Positions 56,446 to 64,000 of a stretch of DNA of 64,000 nt are shown here, piece by piece; the first letter of the stretch is position 1; every line of letters starts with the position of its first letter. The position numbers and the translations under genes were made by a program. This DNA comes from an uncultured Bacilli bacterium (GTDB lineage: Bacteria; Bacillota_I; Bacilli_A; RF39; UBA660). The DNA is taken from positions 6,703 through 70,702 of the forward strand of contig CAKPHZ010000002.1 of the NCBI GenBank assembly GCA_934162265.1, given 5' to 3'. The notes under the pieces were generated by a model. It saw only the letters and a program-made list of their open reading frames with translations, was not told the origin of the DNA and did not search any database.

Positions 56446-57459
56446 ATGAACATAAAAGAAGAATTATTAAAACTAAGAGAAAAAATAATGAAAAAGGGAA
56501 AAAAGAAAGAAGGATCAGAACAAGATAAAGATACATATGATTTAAATGATAAAGTAGAAGAATTTATTGAGTGGTATAAAAATAATATGGTAAAAGGACT
56601 TTATACGGATATTGGCGAGTATCATCTTCCTAATGAAATGAGAAATTTCATTGAAAAAATAGCAGTATGGTATGAACTAAGATATCCTAATGATAAAGTA
56701 AATCTAATAATAGAAAGTAGTAAAAAATTAAAAAGTATAGAAAATATCATAAAACAGAATAATAAACAAACAAACCCAGAAACAGAAATTTATGGTATTA
56801 AATCTTTCTATGATGCATTATCAAACGAAGAAAAATTTTATTTAAGCCAACCAAATTATAGAAGTATAGTCTATTGGAAAGGAGTATTATGCTCTGCACA
56901 TCTTCACTTAAGTAAAAATGGAACTGTCGAAATGTCAGAATGTATGGATACTGTTATTCCAGGAATTTCAAATGAAGATTTAGAAGGAAAAAATATCAAA
57001 GAAGTCGTAAAAATAATCAGGAAAAAAGGAATAATAATTCCAGAAGACAGTGAATTAACAAAAGCAATTCAGGATTATAATAATTTAAATTATCAAAAAG
57101 AAGAAATCTTAAATTGTGTAATGTACAGAATTATTGAACGTGGAGGAAATCGAATAGGACCAAAAAGAGCATTCTTATTTGCTAAAGAATTTGGTAGGGA
57201 TATTAGTATTCCTATGATGTACGCAATAGATTACTCTGATCCAGGATTAAGATTATTCATCAATGAATATATAAAAGCTGGTGGTTCTAAAGATTTAGAA
57301 TGTTTAGTAGGATATTTTTCAAAAGTTAGTAAAGATGAACCATTAGAAAAAGTATCTATTCAAGAATTAATCCTAACACATCCTAATAATACAACTTCCT
57401 TTTATACAGAAGAAGAAAATGAATTACATCAAAGGCTTATTCATTCCTTAAAAAAGTAA
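56446..57459 (+). CDS. hypothetical protein (337 aa)
   Basis: Long ORF. The GGAGG RBS lies inside the track's first codons, so the ATG at 56446 is the likely start. No recognisable family. Confidence 0.6.
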   Translation: MNIKEELLKLREKIMKKGKKKEGSEQDKDTYDLNDKVEEFIEWYKNNMVKGLYTDIGEYHLPNEMRNFIEKIAVWYELRYPNDKVNLIIESSKKLKSIENIIKQNNKQTNPETEIYGIKSFYDALSNEEKFYLSQPNYRSIVYWKGVLCSAHLHLSKNGTVEMSECMDTVIPGISNEDLEGKNIKEVVKIIRKKGIIIPEDSELTKAIQDYNNLNYQKEEILNCVMYRIIERGGNRIGPKRAFLFAKEFGRDISIPMMYAIDYSDPGLRLFINEYIKAGGSKDLECLVGYFSKVSKDEPLEKVSIQELILTHPNNTTSFYTEEENELHQRLIHSLKK

Positions 57460-57463
57460 GTCT

Positions 57464-57509
57464 AAAAAAGACTATTAAGATGAATTAAATATTCTTAATA
57501 GTCTTTTTT
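57464..57509. terminator. bidirectional intrinsic terminator
   Basis: Perfect 17-nt arms AAAAAAGACTATTAAGA/TCTTAATAGTCTTTTTT between convergent genes. Confidence 0.75.
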
Positions 57510-57510
57510 G

Positions 57511-57771
57511 TTAATTTGCTTCTACAATTAATTTTATTGCCGTTCTTTCTTCACCATCAATTTGAATATCAGTAAAAGCCGGAATACAAACTAAATTTTT
57601 ACCAGAAGGAGCAACAAATCCTCTAGCAATTGCAATTGCTTTAATCGCTTGATTTAGCGCGCCAGCTCCAATTGCCTGTATTTCTACGCAACCATGCTCC
57701 CTAAATACATTTGCTAGTGCTCCAGCAACAGAATTGGGATTAGACTTTGTACTTACTTTTAAAGTTTCCAT
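57511..57771 (-). CDS. spoVS: stage V sporulation protein S family
   Basis: 86 aa: M..LKVS..SNPNSVAGALA.V.RE.G..E.QAIGAGA.NQA.KAIAIARGF.AP.G..L...PAF..I.IDGEERTAI. Confidence 0.9.
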   Translation of the reverse strand: METLKVSTKSNPNSVAGALANVFREHGCVEIQAIGAGALNQAIKAIAIARGFVAPSGKNLVCIPAFTDIQIDGEERTAIKLIVEAN

Positions 57772-57874
57772 ATTTTTTTATTCATTCCTTTCTATAACAC
57801 TTACAATAAAGCTTATGAAGTATTTTACAAAAAATTCTAAAAAATTCAAATTGATATAGAATAAAAGAAATAAA

Positions 57875-57903
57875 TAGACAAATTACAATAGTTTTGATAT
57901 AAT
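57875..57903 (+). promoter_or_regulatory. promoter upstream of essC
   Basis: TAGACA, a 17-nt spacer, then TATAAT with a TG extension (TGATATAAT). Confidence 0.5.
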
Positions 57904-57939
57904 AAAATTAACTAAGATAAGAGGATAGGGTGTGATACG

Positions 57940-60900
57940 GTGAAATTGTTAATATGTGATTCAAAACGAATAACTTCTTTTAATCTACCATCTAAAATAG
58001 AGGATTATTTCATCATAAATTATCAATATTCTGATAATACAATAACAGCCACAGAAACAATTACGTTAGAAGCAAAAAATGGATTATGGAATATCTTAAC
58101 GGATGATACATTAAGAGCAAAAGAAGGAAATATCCTTCTTCAGTATCTTCCTTTAAAAGAAAATAATCTTTACAAAGTCTTTTTTTCTGACATTAATCAA
58201 GAAATTTTTTTTTATGTATCTAGTAATGATAACATGTACTTAGATTATTCTACTGCAGATACAGCTAATATAACAATTGGAAGTGATAATAACGCTACGA
58301 TTTCTTTTCAAGGCAATAATCTTTTACCACAGCAAATAATTATTACCAAAAACGCAAATCAGTATTTGATCAAAAATAATAATAACAGTTCTTTATATGT
58401 TTATTTAAATGGCACAATTCTTAATGAGAGTATTTTAAATACTGGGGACGTAGTTTTTCTTAATGGATTAAAAATAATTTGGATGGGCAATTTTATTAAA
58501 GTAATCCAAATTGGAGATAAAATTATTCCCGTTAAGTTACCTATATTTAAAACTACAAATACCCAAAATACTTATACATCACTAACAGAAATTGAAAAAA
58601 ATATTAAATTATTTAAAGAGAATGATATCTTTTTTCATACGCCAAGAATTAAGAGTGATATAAAAGAATATCAAATCACTATAGAATCTCCACCTTCTCC
58701 TTATACTGAACAAAGAGCACCAATGATTTTAACATTAGGTTCTTCCATAGCTTTTGGATTAATTTCTTGCATGATGGGAGTATCCGCAGTACAAGAACTA
58801 ATCAACGGATCAGGAGATAAAACCAGTGCTATTGTAGAGTTAATTATTTGTATTTTAATGATTATATCTTCTTTGTTTCTTCCTATGTTAACGGATCTTT
58901 GGGAAAAAAATAAACAAAAAAAATTAGAAAATTTACGTCAAAAAAAATATAAAGAATATATTGAAAAAAATATTAATCTTCTACAAAAATATATTACTGA
59001 TCAAGAAAGAATTTTAAAGGAAAATAATTTAGACTATACACCAATAATAAGAAATATTGAAAGTAAATCTCGCCAAATTTGGAATAGAAATATATTTGAC
59101 AATGATTTTTTATCCCTTACTTTTGGAAAAGGAGACATTCCAGCAAGAATAACAGTAAATTTACCAAATAACGGATTTTCTATGGAAGATGATAATTTAA
59201 AAGACTTAATCTATGAAAAATTCAGTCAGAAGCCAATGTTGAAAAATGTTCCCGTAAACATGTCTGTAATTAATAACAAAGTTTTACCAGTGCTTTTAGA
59301 TACCAAATATAAGTTAGATTTTATTCATTCTATTATGGTACAATTAATCTATTATCATAGTGGAAAAGATCTAAAAATTGTTATTTTCACTAATAAATCA
59401 AATGAATATCGTTGGTCATATTGTAGATATTTACCACATTGTTGGAATAGTAAATTTAATAAAAGATTTTTTGCTACTAATGAAGAAGAAATGCAAAACT
59501 TATCCCTATATTTAGAATCAATTTATGAAAAAAGAATAAATGAATCTTCTAACAATGAGGATGGACAAAATACAAGTAGTGATGAGATGTATTTAAATTT
59601 TCCAGAATACTATTTAATCATCACAGATGATTTTAAATCAGCAAAGGATAATTCTATTATTAATAAAATTATTAATGAAGAGAAAAATATAGGCTTTTCT
59701 TTATTAATATTTGAAAATTCTATTAACAATTTACCAAGTAAATTTAATAATTTTATTGATATTACTGATGATGTTTGTGGAGTTTTTGGGAGAAGTGTAG
59801 ATTTAGATACACAAATTAAATTTAAAGCTAATTATGAAAGAAACTTAAATATGGATTTTTATACTAAGGTTATGGCTAATATTCCAATTTATACAAAGGA
59901 TACAGATGAAAGCATTCCTTCGAGTTTAACCTTTTTAGAAATGTATAATGTAGGAAGGGTAGATCAACTAAATGTATTATCCCGTTGGAAATCAAACGAT
60001 CCAACAATTAGTTTAAAAGCACCAATTGGAGAAAAAGAAAAAGGAAAAATCGTTGAGCTTGATCTACATGAAAAATTTCACGGGCCACATGGATTAATTG
60101 CAGGATCAACTGGAAGTGGTAAATCAGAATTTATTATTACCTATATTTTATCTATGGCTATAAATTACCATCCATATGAAGTTCAATTTATTTTAATTGA
60201 CTATAAAGGTGGTGGTTTGGCTCTTGCCTTTGAGAATAGAGAAACTGGAATAAAAATTCCACATTTAGTAGGAACAATCACTAATTTAGATAGCAGTGAA
60301 ATGAATAGAACATTAGTGTCATTAAAAAGTGAACTACAACGTAGACAAGTAATTTTTAATGAAACAAGGAATAAATTAGGTGAAAGTACTGTTGATATTT
60401 ATAAATATCAAAGATTTTATCGAGAGGGAAAAGTTAGTAAACCAATGTCTCATTTATTTGTTATTTCGGATGAATTTGCTGAATTGAAAAGTCAACAACC
60501 AGATTTTATGGAAGAACTAATTTCAACAGCACGCATCGGAAGAAGTTTAGGCGTTCACTTGATTCTTGCTACACAAAAACCAAGTGGTGTAGTTGATGAT
60601 CAAATATGGTCTAATACAAGATTTAGAGTATGTTTAAGAGTGCAATCAAGTGAAGATAGTGTAGAAATGCTTAAGCAGCCAGAAGCAGCAACTATAAAAG
60701 AAAGTGGAAGATTTTACTTACAAGTTGGTAGTAATGAAATTTTTGAATTAGCTCAATCTGGTTGGTCGGGAGCATTATATAATCCAACCGCAAAAATAAT
60801 AAAACCAATTGATGATAATATCAATTTTGTAAACAACTGTGGTGAAATCATTAAAACAGCTAACGATTCTCTAAAAAAGACAGAGATAACCTCAAATGGA

Positions 60901-62559
60901 GAACAATTAACAAACATAGTGAATTATCTATACGAGTTAGCTAATCGTGAAAAAATAAATTTTAATTCTTTATGGCTGCCAAGTTTATCAGAAATTATTT
61001 ATATGGCAGATTTAATAAAAAAATATGGTTTTAAGGCAAATGCCAAACAATTTAATATATTAATTGGAGAATTTGACCAACCTTCTAATCAACAACAAGG
61101 ATTATATGAAATTTCTCTGAATCAATCCAACACAATTATTTTTGGCTTACCAGGATGTGGTAAAGAAAATTTATTAACAACAATAATTTTTTCTGCTTGT
61201 ATTAATTATAAACCAACAGATATTGAGTTTTATATTTTAGATTTTGGTGCGCAAGTTTTAAAGTACTTCAGTTATATGCCACATGTAGGAGATGTTGTGT
61301 TTTCAGATGAAAGAAAGAAAGTAAATAGTGTACTATCCAAAGCGGAACGAGAAATTAAAAAAAGAAAACAATTATTTTCTGATTATGGAGGAACTTTTTC
61401 CTCTTATATAAATACAAGTGGAAAAACAGTTCCTCTATTAGTAATTGTTATCAATTCTTATGAATCATTTTGTGAAAATACTGATTTAGATGATAATGAT
61501 TTTCTAATGCATCTATTAAGAGAAGGAAGTAAATATGGAATTATTTTTATTCTAACAGCAGTAGCTACAAATTCAGTCCGTAATAGCATGTTAGATTGTT
61601 TTGAAAATAAAATTTTACTTCAAATTCAAGATACTTTTGATTATGAATATATTCTAAAATCTCCACATGGATTAGTGCCCAAGAAAACTTTTGGCAGAGG
61701 AATTGCTTACATATCTTCAATAGATGATACATGTGAATTTCAAACTTGTTTAGTAAATAAACAAGAAGAAATTAGTAGTTACATCAAGTCGCTTGGAGAA
61801 CAGTTAACTAATTATTATAAATATAAAGTATCCAAAATAAAATTTTTGCCAAAGAAAGTTACGCAAAAAGATATGTTACCATATTTAAGTTCATTAGAAA
61901 AGATTCCGATAGGATATACTGTAGAGGATATAAATATATATGAATATAATATATTAAAACAAAAATATCATTTTATTTTGGGAAATAATTTAATTGATAA
62001 TGTTGTTTTTTATGGAGGAATAATAGATTTAATTGATACAATTTCTAATATAAATTTTGTTATACTAGATTTTTCAAATACAATTGATTTCAGTGGAAAT
62101 GCATTATTTTATCAAAGCAATTTTGGTGAAGCATTTGATGATATATTAAACGATACAATATCATCGTCAGTAACAAGTGTTTATTTTATCATAGGAATAG
62201 GAAAAATTAATGAAGTTTTAATAGATTTTGAGCTAGAAAAATTTAATATAATAATGAGTAATTTACAAAAATTTCAATCTAAGTATTTTATCTTTGTTGA
62301 TGATTTTTCTGAATTTAAAAATATTACTTCTACGATTTGGTATGATGATTTAAGAATTAATTCAGGAATTTGGATAGGAAATGGGATAGATATGCAAGAT
62401 GTTTTTGAAATTAAGGATTTACAAGAGGAAGACATAAATATTCAAATTTCTGATATAGCTTACATCATAGAAAATGGAGAATATCAAATAATAAAAGTAA
62501 TTGGAGATGGAAGAATACAAAAAGAAGAAGTGGGATTAGGTGATTTTTTAAATGAATGA
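57940..62559 (+). CDS. essC: type VII secretion system (T7SSb) FtsK/SpoIIIE-family ATPase EssC/YukB
   Basis: 1539 aa. The N-terminus is FHA-like and is followed by two TM helices. There are FtsK-like domains with Walker A GSTGSGKSEF (D1) and GLPGCGKENL (D2), and a third domain without a P-loop. GTG start. Confidence 0.85.
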   Translation: MKLLICDSKRITSFNLPSKIEDYFIINYQYSDNTITATETITLEAKNGLWNILTDDTLRAKEGNILLQYLPLKENNLYKVFFSDINQEIFFYVSSNDNMYLDYSTADTANITIGSDNNATISFQGNNLLPQQIIITKNANQYLIKNNNNSSLYVYLNGTILNESILNTGDVVFLNGLKIIWMGNFIKVIQIGDKIIPVKLPIFKTTNTQNTYTSLTEIEKNIKLFKENDIFFHTPRIKSDIKEYQITIESPPSPYTEQRAPMILTLGSSIAFGLISCMMGVSAVQELINGSGDKTSAIVELIICILMIISSLFLPMLTDLWEKNKQKKLENLRQKKYKEYIEKNINLLQKYITDQERILKENNLDYTPIIRNIESKSRQIWNRNIFDNDFLSLTFGKGDIPARITVNLPNNGFSMEDDNLKDLIYEKFSQKPMLKNVPVNMSVINNKVLPVLLDTKYKLDFIHSIMVQLIYYHSGKDLKIVIFTNKSNEYRWSYCRYLPHCWNSKFNKRFFATNEEEMQNLSLYLESIYEKRINESSNNEDGQNTSSDEMYLNFPEYYLIITDDFKSAKDNSIINKIINEEKNIGFSLLIFENSINNLPSKFNNFIDITDDVCGVFGRSVDLDTQIKFKANYERNLNMDFYTKVMANIPIYTKDTDESIPSSLTFLEMYNVGRVDQLNVLSRWKSNDPTISLKAPIGEKEKGKIVELDLHEKFHGPHGLIAGSTGSGKSEFIITYILSMAINYHPYEVQFILIDYKGGGLALAFENRETGIKIPHLVGTITNLDSSEMNRTLVSLKSELQRRQVIFNETRNKLGESTVDIYKYQRFYREGKVSKPMSHLFVISDEFAELKSQQPDFMEELISTARIGRSLGVHLILATQKPSGVVDDQIWSNTRFRVCLRVQSSEDSVEMLKQPEAATIKESGRFYLQVGSNEIFELAQSGWSGALYNPTAKIIKPIDDNINFVNNCGEIIKTANDSLKKTEITSNGEQLTNIVNYLYELANREKINFNSLWLPSLSEIIYMADLIKKYGFKANAKQFNILIGEFDQPSNQQQGLYEISLNQSNTIIFGLPGCGKENLLTTIIFSACINYKPTDIEFYILDFGAQVLKYFSYMPHVGDVVFSDERKKVNSVLSKAEREIKKRKQLFSDYGGTFSSYINTSGKTVPLLVIVINSYESFCENTDLDDNDFLMHLLREGSKYGIIFILTAVATNSVRNSMLDCFENKILLQIQDTFDYEYILKSPHGLVPKKTFGRGIAYISSIDDTCEFQTCLVNKQEEISSYIKSLGEQLTNYYKYKVSKIKFLPKKVTQKDMLPYLSSLEKIPIGYTVEDINIYEYNILKQKYHFILGNNLIDNVVFYGGIIDLIDTISNINFVILDFSNTIDFSGNALFYQSNFGEAFDDILNDTISSSVTSVYFIIGIGKINEVLIDFELEKFNIIMSNLQKFQSKYFIFVDDFSEFKNITSTIWYDDLRINSGIWIGNGIDMQDVFEIKDLQEEDINIQISDIAYIIENGEYQIIKVIGDGRIQKEEVGLGDFLNE

Positions 62560-62809
62560 TAAGGTTTTAGTAAAATTAATTGTTCCTGAAATAGATGCAT
62601 CATATGATATTTATTTACCAATTACTAAAAAAATAGGAAATATAATTATATTACTAAATAGAGCGATTAATGAATTATCAATGGGAAGTTATCCAGTTTC
62701 TAATACAAATAAATTATATAATGCAACAAATAACGAAAAATACTCTCCAGATGTATTATTATATAACAGTGATATTAGAAATGGGACATATTTGATATTA
62801 GTTTCTTAA
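62552..62809 (+). CDS. esaB: ubiquitin-like T7SS accessory protein (YukD/EsaB-like)
   Basis: 85 aa, overlapping the essC stop by 8 nt. The pattern V.V.L.....D..YD..LP....IG..I........ ...L.NSDIRNGTYLIL resembles YukD. Confidence 0.55.
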   Translation: MNDKVLVKLIVPEIDASYDIYLPITKKIGNIIILLNRAINELSMGSYPVSNTNKLYNATNNEKYSPDVLLYNSDIRNGTYLILVS

Positions 62810-62824
62810 TTGAACAGGATAAAA

Positions 62825-64000
62825 TCATAAACATTGAGAATTAGTTGAATCAACTAATTCTTTTACTTTTTCTGGATTTAAGTAAGTAAATATTTTTTCT
62901 ATTTCATTTTCAAAATCCATACATAAATATTTTCTAATATTTTTAAGACTTAATCCATATATATCTTTTACTAATTTTAAAATTGATAAACAAAATTTCC
63001 TTATAATATTTAGATTTTTTTGCGCATTTTTCTCGAATGTTTTATTGTTGTCTTCTTTAAAAGTTAAATCTAGATGCCAATGTAATTTATTTTCTATTGA
63101 CCATTCTTTCCTAATTGCATTACTGAATTCTATTATATTACATGGTAGATTACTAATATAATATCTAGTTTCAACTGTTGTTTTGTTAGTTATAATATTA
63201 CTAATAGTTTTTTTTACACAACCAATACTTTTTATGTTTCTCCATTTTTTATAATTGTATAACCACATAACATCCTCTACTTGATAGTATTCATATTTAA
63301 TAATTGAACTACGATTTTTTTCAGTATTACATCAATAATTTTCTTCTTTTAATTGTTTTAATATTTTTTCATCTTCAAAATAATTTATTAAATCTTCATA
63401 CGTATTTTCTTGATTTGATTTCACTGCTGCAACATAATAACCCTTTTGATTTACTATTGTATCAATTGTTTTTTTCTTGTGTATTTAAAGCATCAAAAGT
63501 AACAATAATATTCTCTAAATTTAATAAAAATAACAATTTAGACCCAGTAGGAATTTCATTTGTTTTTTCTTCAATAAATTCCGTTGCAAGACAAATTCCC
63601 AAATTATTTGAATAAATACTCATTGCCTGAATAGATTTTATTTCTCCAGTTTTTGAACTATTTCTTCCTGAGGAATTACATTTTTTTTCATCCATTGCAT
63701 AAACATCTTTTTCGTTACTATATTTAGATTTATCATTTAAAATATTTTGATATTGCTTAAGTATTTTTAAAAGAAAGTTTACTAAAATTGGCTCTACTTC
63801 GTTAGGGTTAATTACAGACATAACTCTTTTAAAAGTTACAGCTTTTGGTATACTAGCATTTAAAGATAAAAATTTTTTAAACCAATCATAATGCTTTCTT
63901 GCAAACATTTCGATTTGTATCCATTCATCGCAATCAGATAAAACAGCAAAAAAAGTAATCATAAAAATATCTATCATTGAATGTATTGTATAGCTTTGAT
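62825..64000 (-). pseudogene. ISAs1-family transposase, decayed (frameshift plus in-frame TGA); N-terminus runs off the window
   Basis: The N-terminal part (..DIFMITFFAVLSDCDEWIQIEMFARKHYDWFKKFL...IPKAVTFKRVMSVINP) is the DDE_Tnp_1-associated domain. The C-terminal part (ETRYYISNL...IRKEWSIENKLHWHLDLTFKEDNNK) is the ISAs1 DDE end. The frames differ by 1 nt around the A7 run at 63469-63475, and an in-frame TGA lies at 63332-63334. Confidence 0.8.

Noticed and set aside
62557-62559. Possible UGA recoding (code 4 or selenocysteine), suggested by the in-frame TGA in the ISAs1 gene and the TGA stops of essC and the short U32 gene.
   Set aside because: Trp is consistently TGG. No long ORF contains an internal TGA. 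The TGA stops are followed within 1-3 codons by another stop or by overlapping starts. The ISAs1 TGA co-occurs with a frameshift, which indicates decay.
63304-63615. A 103-aa + strand ORF in the track.
   Set aside because: It is antisense to the ISAs1 transposase reading frames, is a low-complexity L/F/N-rich translation, and has no RBS.
1-64000. I scanned by eye for CRISPR arrays, tRNA or rRNA genes and prophage blocks.
   Set aside because: I saw no regularly spaced direct repeats other than the coding HA repeats. There are no tRNA-like GGTTCGAATCC or T-loop contexts, no rRNA-like segments, and no phage structural or integrase genes. A visual scan can miss tRNAs; tRNAscan-SE or Infernal should confirm this.

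Overview
Low-GC (about 28-30% by eye) Firmicute-type chromosomal segment. It uses the standard bacterial code: Trp is TGG and there are no in-frame TGA codons in long ORFs. It is gene-dense and almost entirely on the + strand. I saw no rRNA, tRNA or CRISPR array.

Housekeeping backbone: tandem capA-like genes, parE, tadA, rarA(-), htrA, rubrerythrin, T-box/ileS (long type-2 form), ung, addB-addA, cutA, a HAD hydrolase, an ABC-2 exporter plus vanZ, ybeY-dgkA-[insert]-cdd-era-yqzL-recO, a phosphohexomutase, rimP(short)-nusA-ylxR-infB, T-box/gltX-like, map, trmR-trhP1-trhP2 and spoVS(-).

Accessory content:
- A stand-alone Abi_2 abortive-infection gene (6.7 kb).
- A 9.4-16.2 kb island with an ORF-containing group II intron sitting directly behind a terminator hairpin, an RlmA-family rRNA methyltransferase, a decayed IS30-family copy nested inside a second inverted-repeat element, and an LRR surface protein with an NPKTG sortase-B-type signal.
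- An orphan gene flanked by a ~115-bp direct duplication of the ABC transporter promoter and start.
- A two-gene cassette (73-aa protein plus a DExH helicase carrying five tandem 76-aa helicase-associated HA repeats) wedged into the conserved ybeY-dgkA-cdd-era-recO operon.
- Orphan genes and a secreted-protein cluster (arylsulfotransferase plus a glycine-rich/LamG protein).
- A type VIIb secretion fragment (essC plus a yukD/esaB-like gene) abutting a decayed ISAs1 copy at the window edge.

Large scale: the + strand switches near 39.0-39.8 kb from G/T-rich (NNT codons) to A/C-rich (NNA/NNC codons), and minus-strand genes mirror this. That looks like a replication-strand polarity switch or a rearrangement junction.

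The best candidate for an undescribed system is the helicase-HA cassette at 33.7-36.7 kb. All functional calls rest on motif recognition by eye, not on database searches.
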